From Bdellovibrionota bacterium (GTDB taxonomy: Bacteria; Bdellovibrionota_C; UBA2361; CAKMMH01): 64,000 bases of DNA. The DNA is taken from contig JBMNLI010000012.1 in NCBI GenBank assembly GCA_050952645.1, positions 287,588 to 351,587 on the forward strand. The letters run 5' to 3'. How positions within the stretch are numbered: the stretch's first letter is position 1; each line of letters begins with the position of its first letter. Positions 39,680-49,384 of the stretch are shown here, in pieces. The notes under the pieces are model-generated. The model ran no database searches and had not been told where the DNA came from. It worked only from the letters and a program-made list of their open reading frames with translations. The position numbers and the translations under genes are program-made.

Positions 39680-39752
39680 GGGGGTATAGCTCAGTTGGTA
39701 GAGCGTCGGCTTTGCAAGCCGAATGTCATGGGTTCGAATCCCTTTACCTCCA
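39680..39752 (+). tRNA. tRNA-Ala (anticodon UGC) with the G3:U70 identity pair
   Basis: Acceptor gggggta/tacctcc with the G3-U70 wobble. Anticodon loop tTGCaa. T-loop ttcgaat. One mismatch in the T-stem. Confidence 0.8.
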
Positions 39753-39860
39753 TATTTTTTTTCTTTTCTTGCTTTCCCTTTCTACTTTCACACTTATCAT
39801 TTTATTTCTTAGCATTTCTTTTTATTATTTCATTTCTTTTTATTATTTTTTTTAACTACT

Positions 39861-41111
39861 CTAAAATGATGCGATAAATTCCCTGTCGAAAAATTTTGAA
39901 TTCATTCTCGTTCTTAAAATTTTTATCTCAAAAAACCCATCTAATTTTTTATAATTTTCAGGTAAAAAAGGAAGCTTGTATTCCCCATGCTCTAATTGAA
40001 AAAGAGTGACTCTCGGATAAAAAAGATACCTTTTATAATAACTTTTGCCCTCTTCATTTATGATTTTTATTACATATATGCCCTTTGCCGTATAAGACTT
40101 GTTAAAATAAAAAACTCTAGTTTGACTTTTATCTAAAGGAAAATTTACATCTACACTTTCATATAAACCATACTGATTAAAAAGCTCTAGCCTTTTTATC
40201 CCCTTTCCGGAAATTTCAACATTAAAATTAAGCGTCTTTTCTCCATCTACATCTTTTATCTGAACCCACTTTAAATAAATATCACTATCGGCTATAAAAT
40301 TATCCTCTAAGCTTAATACGTGCTTTATATTTTGACACTCAAAAAATTTTTCAAACTTGATATCTCCAATCTCAAAATCAAAATTCTTCCCCTTTATTTG
40401 AACTGAAACTTGTAAATTATTTATATACTGCATTAAAGCATTATAACTATTTATAACAATCCCTAAACTTTCCTTTGCTGAAACATTGCGAGTCCCTGGT
40501 TTTAATAGAAAGTTAATAGAACTAGAATACTTTATAATTAAATTCCTAAGCTTTGCAGATTCCACTGGAGATAAAACTTCGCTGTTCGGAATTTCAGTTA
40601 ACAGCTTATCAATAGCGAGTAATATATTTTTTAGAGTTTGCGACGCAGAAGTCGATTTAATATGCTCCCACTCAATTTGAGTAATATCTTTGTTTATTAC
40701 TTGCTCCCTGCTTTCATCTAAATCTTGAATGTAAATATTGTGTATTAACCATTCTATCTCTTCAAGCGGATTTAATGATAAAAAGGTAACCTGAGTTTCT
40801 CTGTTTTCCACATCAACTTGCCCATCACTATCATTCTTACTATCCTGACTGTCCTTACTATCCTTATCTTTTGCTTTATCTTGCTTTTTAAAAAACTTAT
40901 TTTGCTTAATTTTCTTATCTTCTTTTATTTTTACAAAATTTTGCAAATCTTTCGCTTCTTTTACTTTAGTTCCTATTTTTTTCGTTTTATCAATAACTAC
41001 ATCAACATCTTTTTTTAACTTTATCGTAGTAGATACATTTAATATAGCAGGAACAAATATTATGCCTGCTACCGTCAAAACTATTAGAAATATTATCACA
41101 TATTTTTTCAT
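39861..41111 (-). CDS. hypothetical membrane-anchored protein (416 aa)
   Basis: N-terminal TM/signal anchor. Lys/Asp-rich linker. No domain recognised. Confidence 0.45.
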   Translation of the reverse strand: MKKYVIIFLIVLTVAGIIFVPAILNVSTTIKLKKDVDVVIDKTKKIGTKVKEAKDLQNFVKIKEDKKIKQNKFFKKQDKAKDKDSKDSQDSKNDSDGQVDVENRETQVTFLSLNPLEEIEWLIHNIYIQDLDESREQVINKDITQIEWEHIKSTSASQTLKNILLAIDKLLTEIPNSEVLSPVESAKLRNLIIKYSSSINFLLKPGTRNVSAKESLGIVINSYNALMQYINNLQVSVQIKGKNFDFEIGDIKFEKFFECQNIKHVLSLEDNFIADSDIYLKWVQIKDVDGEKTLNFNVEISGKGIKRLELFNQYGLYESVDVNFPLDKSQTRVFYFNKSYTAKGIYVIKIINEEGKSYYKRYLFYPRVTLFQLEHGEYKLPFLPENYKKLDGFFEIKILRTRMNSKFFDREFIASF

Positions 41112-41337
41112 AACGATTACCTAGAAAACTCGTGTGAAGTCAAAACACACAGCCTATATATACATCTTGCAAAATCCTAGAGTTGATCCTATCAAATTTT
41201 TAATATTTAATAAAAAAATTTTCCATATTTAAAGTTTATAAACTTTAATATAGAATATAAGCGTATTATAATGTAAACTTAAGTTTTCTTTTAATATAAC
41301 GAATATTAACTACTTTTAAATATTTAATAAATTTATT

Positions 41338-42012
41338 ATGAATAAAAAAATAAATAAAATCACTATACTATCAATCTTAATTTTACTTTTAATTAACTCT
41401 TTTGTAAGTTGCTCTAACGATAGCAAAAGCAATAAAGATAACAATAACGATAACAATAAAGGGCAAAATAAAGTTATAAGTAAAAATAAACAAGAAAAAT
41501 CATTCCTTGAAAAACTAGGAAAAAATATCGAATCTAGGCTAACTAATGAGATAGAGAATCAATTAAAAGAAAATAAATTAACTGGTAAAAATATAAAAAT
41601 AAAAATAAGTCAAAGTAAAAATAAAAGTAAAAAAGAAAAAAAATATACTTATAATGCGGAAGGAAAAAGAGACCCTTTCGTTAAATATGAAGCTGAAAAC
41701 TCAATAATTGCAAATTTAAATAGTAAAAAAAGAGAGGATGCTCCACCTTTAGAACAATGCGATATTAAACAATTTAAATTAACTGCCGTTATGTCCGTAG
41801 GCGATACCCTAAAAGCGATAGTAGAAAATGCAGACGGAAAAGGATTTATAGTCGATATAGGAACTAAAATTGGATTAAATAACGGAGTAATTACTCAAAT
41901 CCTAGAAGATAAAATTATCATATCTGAAACCTTAGTAGACTTTACTGGAAAAGAAGAAAAAACAACGATAGAAATGCTACTAAGAGAAAAAGAAGATGAA
42001 AAAGAAGAATAA
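41338..42012 (+). CDS. lipoprotein; C-terminal domain resembles the PilP/secretin-pilot beta-domain (tentative)
   Basis: Lipobox LLINSFVSCSN. C-terminal segment QFKLTAVMSVGDTLKAIVENADGKGFIVDIGTKIGLNNGVITQILEDKIIISE. Confidence 0.35.
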   Translation: MNKKINKITILSILILLLINSFVSCSNDSKSNKDNNNDNNKGQNKVISKNKQEKSFLEKLGKNIESRLTNEIENQLKENKLTGKNIKIKISQSKNKSKKEKKYTYNAEGKRDPFVKYEAENSIIANLNSKKREDAPPLEQCDIKQFKLTAVMSVGDTLKAIVENADGKGFIVDIGTKIGLNNGVITQILEDKIIISETLVDFTGKEEKTTIEMLLREKEDEKEE

Positions 42013-42065
42013 TTAGGCTAATAATAAAAAAATTATAAAGAATTTTATCATCTTAAAATACACTT

Positions 42066-43037
42066 ATGGATATAATAAAAGCAGATATAATAAAAGAATA
42101 TAAAGATCTTATAGACTTAGAAGCATTAAAAACTTATAGGACAGATTTTGAAAAAAAACTTATCTCCTCTACCTCTTTAAAAGAGTTTAACTCTTTTGAT
42201 AAAAAAAATATTAAAGATAAATTAAAAATAGATACTACTAGTGATATAATCACTGTAAAAAGTGAAAGCAAATTAGAAAAGGAAACTTTTACACAAATCA
42301 AAGAACAAATAAAACTGCTAGCCCCTTGGAGAATAGGACCGTACGACCTACTAGACTATAACATAGAAAGCGAATGGAACTCTTACTATAAATTTAATCG
42401 ATTAAAAGAATTTATTCCTAATTTAAAAAATAAAATTATCGCAGACATTGGCGGTAATAACGGTTATTTTAGTTTTAGATTATCTAGTTTTAACCCTAAA
42501 CTTATAGTGCTTTCTGAGCCAGTGCCTAAAAGCTATCTTCAATATAAATTCTTGCAAAAATTTTTACGCATAGATAACATCATTCACGAACCTGTAAAGG
42601 CTGAAAATTTTTCAGTATTTAAAAATTTTTTCGATGTTATTTTTTGCCTTGGCGTTATATATCACCAAAGAAATCCTCTTTTAATGTTAAATGAATGCGC
42701 AACGGCGCTAAAGAAAAACGGGATAATTATTCTTGAAACTATCTGCTATGATAAAAAAGAACCCATAGCACTTTGCCCAAAAACTTACTCAAAAATGAGA
42801 AACGTTTGGTTTCTTCCAACTCCATCATGCTTAAAACGCTGGCTTGAAATCTCTAACTTTACAGTGCTAAAAGAAAGCACACTTTGCAAAACTTCTTTTA
42901 AAGAACAGCGCAAAACTAAAGATGCTACATTTGAAAGCTTAGAAGACTTCTTAGACAAAGATAACCCTAATTTAACTATTGAGGGTTATCATAGTCCTAA
43001 AAGATATATAGTCGTCGCTAAAAAAAAGACAAACTAA
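42066..43037 (+). CDS. cmoB: tRNA U34 carboxymethyltransferase CmoB
   Basis: LAPWRIGPYDLLDYNIESEWNSYYKFNRL matches the CmoB signature (PWRKGPF...IDTEWRSDWKWDR). The SAM-binding GGNNGYF motif is present. Confidence 0.75.
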   Translation: MDIIKADIIKEYKDLIDLEALKTYRTDFEKKLISSTSLKEFNSFDKKNIKDKLKIDTTSDIITVKSESKLEKETFTQIKEQIKLLAPWRIGPYDLLDYNIESEWNSYYKFNRLKEFIPNLKNKIIADIGGNNGYFSFRLSSFNPKLIVLSEPVPKSYLQYKFLQKFLRIDNIIHEPVKAENFSVFKNFFDVIFCLGVIYHQRNPLLMLNECATALKKNGIIILETICYDKKEPIALCPKTYSKMRNVWFLPTPSCLKRWLEISNFTVLKESTLCKTSFKEQRKTKDATFESLEDFLDKDNPNLTIEGYHSPKRYIVVAKKKTN

Positions 43038-43069
43038 AAAAAATAAATAAAAATAAACGATAAATAAAC

Positions 43070-43372
43070 TTAAGAGCTTTTACTTATAACGGGTAAACTC
43101 AATCCAAGCTCCTTATTTAATCTTTCATGAAGTCTGTTTTTTACATCATCAGATAACTTCATAGTATCCTTAATTTGAGAAGCAACATCTATTACTTGAT
43201 TATAAAGACAAGCAAACTCCTGACACTTTGCACACTCACAAATATGCTCTCTTAATCTATCTGCTAGACTTGGGATTAAATCTCCTTCCATGTATTCCCC
43301 ATATAAGTTTTCAACATCGTGGCAAGTTATAATCTCTTTTTCAAAAATTTCTAATTGCATTTCATTCATCAT
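43070..43372 (-). CDS. cytoplasmic zinc-finger (zf-HC2) anti-sigma-factor-like protein
   Basis: ITCHDVENLYGEYMEGDL...REHICECAKCQEF fits the H-x3-C-x2-C anti-sigma pattern. Start taken at MMNEMQ, 22 codons inside the tracked ORF. No TM segment. Confidence 0.5.
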   Translation of the reverse strand: MMNEMQLEIFEKEIITCHDVENLYGEYMEGDLIPSLADRLREHICECAKCQEFACLYNQVIDVASQIKDTMKLSDDVKNRLHERLNKELGLSLPVISKSS

Positions 43373-43579
43373 ACATAGCCTCCTAATAATAAAAAATTTA
43401 AAGCACTTTTTGCCTTTTTTTTTACTAATATGATGCACCTTTTACAAAAGCGTTGCGATTTTTTTACAAATTTGATACATTTTTTTTACAATTTTGCTAA
43501 CTTGTTAATAACAAAGCCTTTTTTCTTTAAGAAAAGAAATTCATTGTTAAAAAAACTTTTATCACTATAATAACTCTTT

Positions 43580-44377
43580 ATGTGCAAAAACATTTCTAGA
43601 CCATATATTACTAAAAAAGAATTTTACTTAGGAATTTTAACTACCCCTATTCACTTATTCTTTTTTGGAATTTCGTTAATAGTTATCGACATTATAGCAA
43701 GAGTAGTCTGGCGAATATACGGGAACAAAAAAGTAAGTGTTATATTTAGATGGAAAGCATATATAACGCTTTTTTTACTAAAATATACCTCAGGAGGAAA
43801 ATTTTATTTTAGAAATACCGATGTTATTAAAAAATTACCTAAAGATAGACCCGTAATATTAGTTTCTAATCACCAAAGTTTATACGATACCGCTATACAT
43901 CTAATATTTTTAAAGGATCACGATATCGTATTTATAGCTAAAAAAGAACTCAGTAAATGGATTCCCACAGTAGCCGTTTGTATGAGAGCGCAAGATACGG
44001 CACTTATAGATAGAGATAACCCGAAACAATCTATACAAGCTATAAAAGAGCTAGGAAAGCGTATGCAAGAAGAAAAATTTGCAGTAGGTATATACGCTGA
44101 AGGAACTAGAGCAAAAGATGGGAAATTAAAAGAATTTAAAGATGCTGGAATAAAAACTCTGTTAAAACAAGCTAAAGATGCTGTAATACTGCCCGTTGCC
44201 GTTGATGGCTCATGGAAGACTTTTGCATATAGCTATTTTCCTATACCATTTGGAGTAAAATTATTTGTAGAATACTTAGAACCTATCGAACCTAAAGATT
44301 ACGATATATCGAATATCACTTCCGTTTTACATGCAAAAATTGAAAATAAGATAAAAGAATTTAGAGGAGAACTATAA
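43580..44377 (+). CDS. plsC: 1-acyl-sn-glycerol-3-phosphate acyltransferase (PlsC/LPLAT family)
   Basis: N-terminal TM segment. Catalytic NHQSLYD and YAEGTR motifs. Confidence 0.8.
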   Translation: MCKNISRPYITKKEFYLGILTTPIHLFFFGISLIVIDIIARVVWRIYGNKKVSVIFRWKAYITLFLLKYTSGGKFYFRNTDVIKKLPKDRPVILVSNHQSLYDTAIHLIFLKDHDIVFIAKKELSKWIPTVAVCMRAQDTALIDRDNPKQSIQAIKELGKRMQEEKFAVGIYAEGTRAKDGKLKEFKDAGIKTLLKQAKDAVILPVAVDGSWKTFAYSYFPIPFGVKLFVEYLEPIEPKDYDISNITSVLHAKIENKIKEFRGEL

Positions 44378-44397
44378 AAAATTTTTTTTCAAAAATC

Positions 44398-44637
44398 TTA
44401 TTGTTTTTTAGTATAAAGCGCCCTTAGTGCATTAGCTTCTAAAGACATTATGGCTTCCTTGCTAGTCCCTAAAATCTTAGCAACCTCTTTAACCGTTTTT
44501 GGTGGTTCACCATTTAAACCAAATCGTAATGAAAGCACAGTTTTCCACTCGATATCAAAATCTGATAAAATATTTTTCACAGCTTTTAATATCGCTTCAT
44601 CGTTTAATGTTGTTTTATCTTCTTTGTCTTTATCCAC
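44398..44637 (-). CDS. stand-alone sigma-70 region-4 (HTH) domain protein, 79 aa
   Basis: VLSLRFGLNGEPPKTVKEVAKILGTSKEAIMSLEANALRAL is a canonical sigma region-4.2 HTH. Non-ATG (GTG) start with no obvious SD. An in-frame stop lies 33 nt upstream inside the adjacent MITE copy. Confidence 0.5.
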   Translation of the reverse strand: MDKDKEDKTTLNDEAILKAVKNILSDFDIEWKTVLSLRFGLNGEPPKTVKEVAKILGTSKEAIMSLEANALRALYTKKQ

Positions 44638-44656
44638 AGTATTTAATAATAATAGT

Positions 44657-44757
44657 TCTTTAACGTTTTAAGGTGGGTTTAAGACCTTAAAAATTAGTAT
44701 CACTCACCTACGAACCCAAAAAACAATTTTTCTAACTCACCTTGAACGTCAAAGAAC
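44657..44757. repeat. MITE-like element, copy 4 (101 bp, internally deleted version)
   Basis: Left end ttctttaacgttttaaggtgg. Internal sequence shared with copy 2 (tttaagaccttaaaaattagtatcac; aaaaaacaatttttctaac). Right end caccttgaacgtcaaagaac. Confidence 0.65.
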
Positions 44758-44823
44758 CATAATAATTACATTAATACTTAGGATTATAGCAGATATTATA
44801 TATTTAAAAAGTTATAATTAAAG

Positions 44824-46743
44824 TTATAATTCATTATTTAGTAGTAAACTAGCAACCGCTAATGGCTCTAAATTATTAGCTTGAGAAAGTGCTTTAGGAG
44901 CATTCTTTATAATTTCGCTTCTAAGTTTTTTAGCGATAATGTCGGCAGTCTCGGAAGTTAAAACTTCGCTCGATAAATCTAGGAGTGCAAAGCCCGTAGC
45001 TTTTACTAACTCTAAATTGCTTTCTATAACATTAAACATTTCATCCATAGTTTTTATGTTAGTTTCAAGCGTCTCTTTTAAATCACCTAATGCATTACTT
45101 AACTTATAAGCATCTATCGAGTTTGATAAATTAAGATTTTTATCAAAAATCGATGAAAATGTTTTTGATACTCTAGAAAATTTATTCGTTTTTTCTCCGC
45201 TAAACCTTACAAATTCGTCTTGCGTGCTATTATCGATATTTTTTAATGTTCCAAATACGCCAAGTTCTACGACTTGTGAGCTATTATAAGAAAGCGTTAG
45301 CTGTTTTATGCTGTCTAAAGGCTCTCCATTATAACTAGTAATTTCTTGTCCTAAATTATTTATAACTTTTATATTATTTGCGCTAGGCTCAGAATACGCA
45401 ATGTAAGAAAGCCCATTTAGATTATTAGAAATAGTAGAAAACTCTTCTACTAAAACACCACTCTTTATAGTCTTAAAATCATTACTTCCATATTCATAAG
45501 ATAAAATATTACTCCCATCGTAAACGGCAATAGTATTTAAGTCTATAAACCCAAATTTTGTAATGTTTGTATTACTTGAAAAATCATCATCGTTAACAAA
45601 ATCGCTACTTCTAAGTAAATAATTTTGCATATTTTCAGTATCGCTATACGCTGTATATCCCCCATCAGAGCTAATTTGTAAATTAGTAAAAGCCGCGCTT
45701 GCTGCCCCCTCCCTTCTTGCTACTTCTTCTAAAATTAAAGGGCTACTTAAGTCGCTTATATCTACTTTTTCAATCTTTTCTATATTACTATCTTCTGAAA
45801 AACTCGAAAATATTACGACGCTACCATTTTCTGAGATTTTTGCTTCACTATAATTTAACTCATCAGTAGTAAGTTTTTTTAAAAAGTTTCCTCTGTTGTC
45901 AGTTAAATATAATGAAGCGTAATTGATATCTGTTTCATATTTACTTACTATAGAAAGCCCCATTTCTTTATTAACATCTTTTAGTTCATACTCTACACCA
46001 TCTCCTCTTAAAACTATTTTTTCACCAGTAGAGTTTGAGATAAATGAAACCGCTTTTTTACCATCGATAACGCTAGAAAGAACGTTTACATTATTTGAAA
46101 TAATGCCACCTAGACCTAAAGTGCCATCTTTAGCATTAGTAGATATGGTCATAGGAGCATATTTTGAGTTTTCAGACGTTATAACCTTGCCATAAGCACT
46201 CTTTGGAATACTTACTTCTTTTTTAGGTTTTATTTTTTCACTTACTAGACTTTCATTATCACCATCAAAAATAAACTTGTCAAAAACCTCTGCGATAGCT
46301 TCCGACTTTTCAGGATCTAAACCAATTATAGAAAATAATTTACTAAGTCCCTCTTTAGTTAAAAGATCTTTTTCCGCTAGAGAGGCATTGCTAACGAGTT
46401 CCTTAAATTCTTTTACTAACTCACCGTACTTTATATTTAATCTCTTTCTAGTATAAGTTTGAACTGATGGAGATTTAGCTTTTTCTGTAAGCTTTAGCAT
46501 ATCGTCAGTTATCTTTAAAAGCCCTGAAAGAGTGTCCTTTGATATATTTAAATAGTTTATAAGAGAGTTTAAAGATGATACAGAGTTAGCATAAATTCTA
46601 GCTCCACTTTGCAAAGTATCACTCCAGCCTAGGTCTTTAGTATTGCTCACACTTTTAGAAGATGTCTTCTTAGCCATCTTCTCAATAGTAGCAACGAAGT
46701 CTTTATTTAAAACTGTTGATAAACTTACACGACTTACCGTCAT
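44824..46743 (-). CDS. flgL: flagellin-family protein, probably flagellar hook-associated protein 3 (FlgL-like) with a long central insert
   Basis: N-terminal flagellin-N-like LQSGARI motif. C-terminal flagellin-C-like LSQANNLEPLAVASLLL. Confidence 0.5.
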   Translation of the reverse strand: MTVSRVSLSTVLNKDFVATIEKMAKKTSSKSVSNTKDLGWSDTLQSGARIYANSVSSLNSLINYLNISKDTLSGLLKITDDMLKLTEKAKSPSVQTYTRKRLNIKYGELVKEFKELVSNASLAEKDLLTKEGLSKLFSIIGLDPEKSEAIAEVFDKFIFDGDNESLVSEKIKPKKEVSIPKSAYGKVITSENSKYAPMTISTNAKDGTLGLGGIISNNVNVLSSVIDGKKAVSFISNSTGEKIVLRGDGVEYELKDVNKEMGLSIVSKYETDINYASLYLTDNRGNFLKKLTTDELNYSEAKISENGSVVIFSSFSEDSNIEKIEKVDISDLSSPLILEEVARREGAASAAFTNLQISSDGGYTAYSDTENMQNYLLRSSDFVNDDDFSSNTNITKFGFIDLNTIAVYDGSNILSYEYGSNDFKTIKSGVLVEEFSTISNNLNGLSYIAYSEPSANNIKVINNLGQEITSYNGEPLDSIKQLTLSYNSSQVVELGVFGTLKNIDNSTQDEFVRFSGEKTNKFSRVSKTFSSIFDKNLNLSNSIDAYKLSNALGDLKETLETNIKTMDEMFNVIESNLELVKATGFALLDLSSEVLTSETADIIAKKLRSEIIKNAPKALSQANNLEPLAVASLLLNNEL

Positions 46744-46927
46744 ATAAAAAAACTCCTATGGTACAAATTATCGAGTAAAAAATATTGAAACTTTAAAAAA
46801 CTTCTGTAAGTATTTGATGTTATTTAACTATTAAAATATTCATAAATTTATTCTTTAAATTTTATATGTATGTAATTTAAATACGTGTTAAAATAAAATG
46901 TAAAGATAAATCATAAAGGATGTAAGT

Positions 46928-47434
46928 ATGAGTGAAACAGTATATATGACTAAAAATTGCTACAATAAGCTTTTTAAAGAACTAGAAACTCTTACGCACG
47001 TTGTGCGTCCGAAAACTGTCGATGCAGTTGCTTTAGCTGCAGGCAATGGAGATAGGTCTGAAAACGGTGATTATATTTATGGAAAAAAAATGCTAAGGCA
47101 AATAGATTCTAAAGTTCGTTTTTTAAGCAAAAGATTAGAGAACGCTAAAATCGTAGAACCTGAAAAAATTGTTGCCTCGGACGTTCGCTTTGGTGCAACA
47201 GTTACGTTATTAAACGAAAATGATGAAGAAAAAAAATATACTATCGTAGGAGAAGATGAGATTCTAGTAGAAAAAGGCTTAATTAGTTATAAGTCCCCTA
47301 TTGCAAGTGCGTTATTTAAGAAAAAAGAAGGAGACCTCGTAGAAGTTCACACCCCAAAAGGAATAGTAGAATACGAAATTTTAAAGATTGAGTATATAAA
47401 AATACCTAAGTACGATGAAAATGGTAATTTATAA
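46928..47434 (+). CDS. greA: transcription elongation factor GreA
   Basis: N-terminal coiled-coil domain plus C-terminal FKBP-like domain (SENGDY...SPIASALFKKKEGDLVEV). Confidence 0.8.
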   Translation: MSETVYMTKNCYNKLFKELETLTHVVRPKTVDAVALAAGNGDRSENGDYIYGKKMLRQIDSKVRFLSKRLENAKIVEPEKIVASDVRFGATVTLLNENDEEKKYTIVGEDEILVEKGLISYKSPIASALFKKKEGDLVEVHTPKGIVEYEILKIEYIKIPKYDENGNL

Positions 47435-47444
47435 AACTTAAATT

Positions 47445-48629
47445 TTAAAAATTTATTTTTACGTAAGATAAACTATGATCTGAAGCTTGAGGGTATACAT
47501 CAGAGATGCCACTGTTGTAATTTCCTTCAACTGCAAAATTTTCCCAAGTAAAAGACAAACTCGGAACTGCTACTAGTATATCGTCTACCCAAGAATAAGT
47601 ATTTTGGTACATGTATGTTCCTTGTAATCTCGATGTTTCTGCGTCATCAGTAAGAACCGATATAAACACTGGAGGTCTAACGACACCACTTTGACAAAGT
47701 GGAACGCCTTTTTTTGAAAGTCTACAAGGCGCCTTACCTGAAAACATACTAAGAGTATGAGTGCCTTTTAAAATTCTTGCCGATGCAGAATCAAGGTCTG
47801 CATTTCTATCACCTAGTAAAATTAAAATCTGTTCTCCATCTATTAAGCTTTTTTTAAATCTATTTTCTACAATACTTCTTAACGCTTCAGCAGATTGCAT
47901 ACGTAAAATTTCCCAATTAGTTTTTGCTGGGTCTTTAAAGCCTCCACTTTTAGATTTAAAATGAAAAGTTATTATATTTATTTTTTTAGTTTTATTTTTT
48001 CCTCTAGCCTTAACTTTTAGCTGTATTTCAAAAGGCCCACGAGTAAAAAATTTAGGTCTCTCTCCCTCGATAAGCTTTGGAAGTTCGACTCTTGAATAAG
48101 ATACGGTATCTAAAACCTCTGCTCTATCTTTCGCTACTAAAAAACCTACTCTAGAATATTTATCGTTTGAACGTGCTAAGTAATAATTAAAAACTCTACC
48201 AGTATTATGAGCAAGCAATTTTCCAAGTTTTTTTATAGCCTCTTTAGAGTTGTTTTCATTTCCTAAAAGCTCTTGAAAAGCTATTACATCACATTTATTA
48301 AAAGCAAATCTTTTTACTAGTGCTTTATTTTTAAGAGTGTAATCATCCTTTGAAAGTTTTGCATTTCTCTTTTTAGCATCATCAAACAATCCGTAATTTT
48401 CTAAATTTTGACTACATACTACTAAATCAACTTCTCCTCTTGGGTCATCATCGTATATTTTATATCCTCTAGATTGTGCGGATAAGTCGTTTGCAATAAG
48501 TAAAAATAAAAATATAAAACTTGCATACGTTCTAAACACTCCTGACAATTTTTGCATCATTCTTTGTATCGTTCTTTGTATCGTTTTTTGCATCGTTCTT
48601 AACATCATTCTTAACATTATTCTTAACAT
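47445..48629 (-). CDS. secreted endonuclease/exonuclease/phosphatase (EEP) family protein
   Basis: EEP motifs (VIAFQEL ... LGDRNAD ... SDHS). The N-terminus as tracked (MLRIMLRMMLRTMQKTIQR) is encoded by 12-nt tandem repeats. The true start is probably MMQKLSGVF..., a signal peptide. Confidence 0.6.
   Translation of the reverse strand: MLRIMLRMMLRTMQKTIQRTIQRMMQKLSGVFRTYASFIFLFLLIANDLSAQSRGYKIYDDDPRGEVDLVVCSQNLENYGLFDDAKKRNAKLSKDDYTLKNKALVKRFAFNKCDVIAFQELLGNENNSKEAIKKLGKLLAHNTGRVFNYYLARSNDKYSRVGFLVAKDRAEVLDTVSYSRVELPKLIEGERPKFFTRGPFEIQLKVKARGKNKTKKINIITFHFKSKSGGFKDPAKTNWEILRMQSAEALRSIVENRFKKSLIDGEQILILLGDRNADLDSASARILKGTHTLSMFSGKAPCRLSKKGVPLCQSGVVRPPVFISVLTDDAETSRLQGTYMYQNTYSWVDDILVAVPSLSFTWENFAVEGNYNSGISDVYPQASDHSLSYVKINF
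48555..48626. repeat. 12-nt tandem repeat x6 (catcrttcttwr) between the ruvC stop and the probable start of the EEP nuclease gene
   Basis: catcattctttg tatcgttctttg tatcgttttttg catcgttcttaa catcattcttaa cattattcttaa. Confidence 0.6.
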
Positions 48630-49228
48630 CGCCTTCTCCTATAATTAGATGTGAAAACCTCATCTAAACTTAAATTAGTTCTTAATGCGTTATCTATTCT
48701 GCTTAGCGCAAGCGTACCGATTAAAATTGCATCTATTATATCTTGATTACTCTTTTTTAAAATATCTTTTTCTAAAAAACCAATATTTAAAAGCTCCTTT
48801 GCGTAAAGAGTGCTAACCGTCTGCCTAGCTATCTGCTTAACATTTTCTCTATCTATTTGAGAGCCTTTTAAGCCCATTATCTCATATTGAACGGTTCTAG
48901 GATTTACTCTCCCTGGAACGCAAGCCTTGAAACTTCTAGCTAAAACATCAAAAATACACCTTACTTGCTCAACGACTAGCGTCGCTCTAGGGTCGACTAT
49001 GGATGTAGCTTCTTCGCAAATTAACACATCGTTTTTTGAAAGTTCTAATGCTTTAAATAAAATGGAAACTTTATTTTGAAGATCTAAAAGCTTTTCGCTT
49101 AAAACTCCTTTATCTACAGATTTTATATTACCTACACAAAGAAGTTTTTTTAAGTTTATATCAAAAAGTGCCCAACCTGAACAAGTTAAACTCGGGTCGA
49201 TGGCTAACAATCTTTTATATTTTTTCAT
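48623..49228 (-). CDS. ruvC: crossover junction endodeoxyribonuclease RuvC
   Basis: N-terminal LAIDPSLTCSGWALF (the RuvC catalytic Asp motif region). RNase-H-like fold and length (~200 aa). Confidence 0.55.
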   Translation of the reverse strand: MKKYKRLLAIDPSLTCSGWALFDINLKKLLCVGNIKSVDKGVLSEKLLDLQNKVSILFKALELSKNDVLICEEATSIVDPRATLVVEQVRCIFDVLARSFKACVPGRVNPRTVQYEIMGLKGSQIDRENVKQIARQTVSTLYAKELLNIGFLEKDILKKSNQDIIDAILIGTLALSRIDNALRTNLSLDEVFTSNYRRRRC

Positions 49229-49384
49229 ATATATATATTTCTTTATATGGTATTAATAATTATGTAGTAATTGATTTTAAATAATGATTAAAATTTAGTC
49301 TTTTAATATTCTATTTTGTATATTAAAATTTTAACGTTTAAATTTTATAAAGACAATGGATTTTTATAACTATAAATAGGAAAT

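Noticed and set aside
39695-39877. 60-aa ORF overlapping tRNA-Ala
   Set aside because: Starts inside the tRNA-Ala gene and reads through a T-rich spacer. The tRNA structure, with the G3:U70 pair, explains the region.
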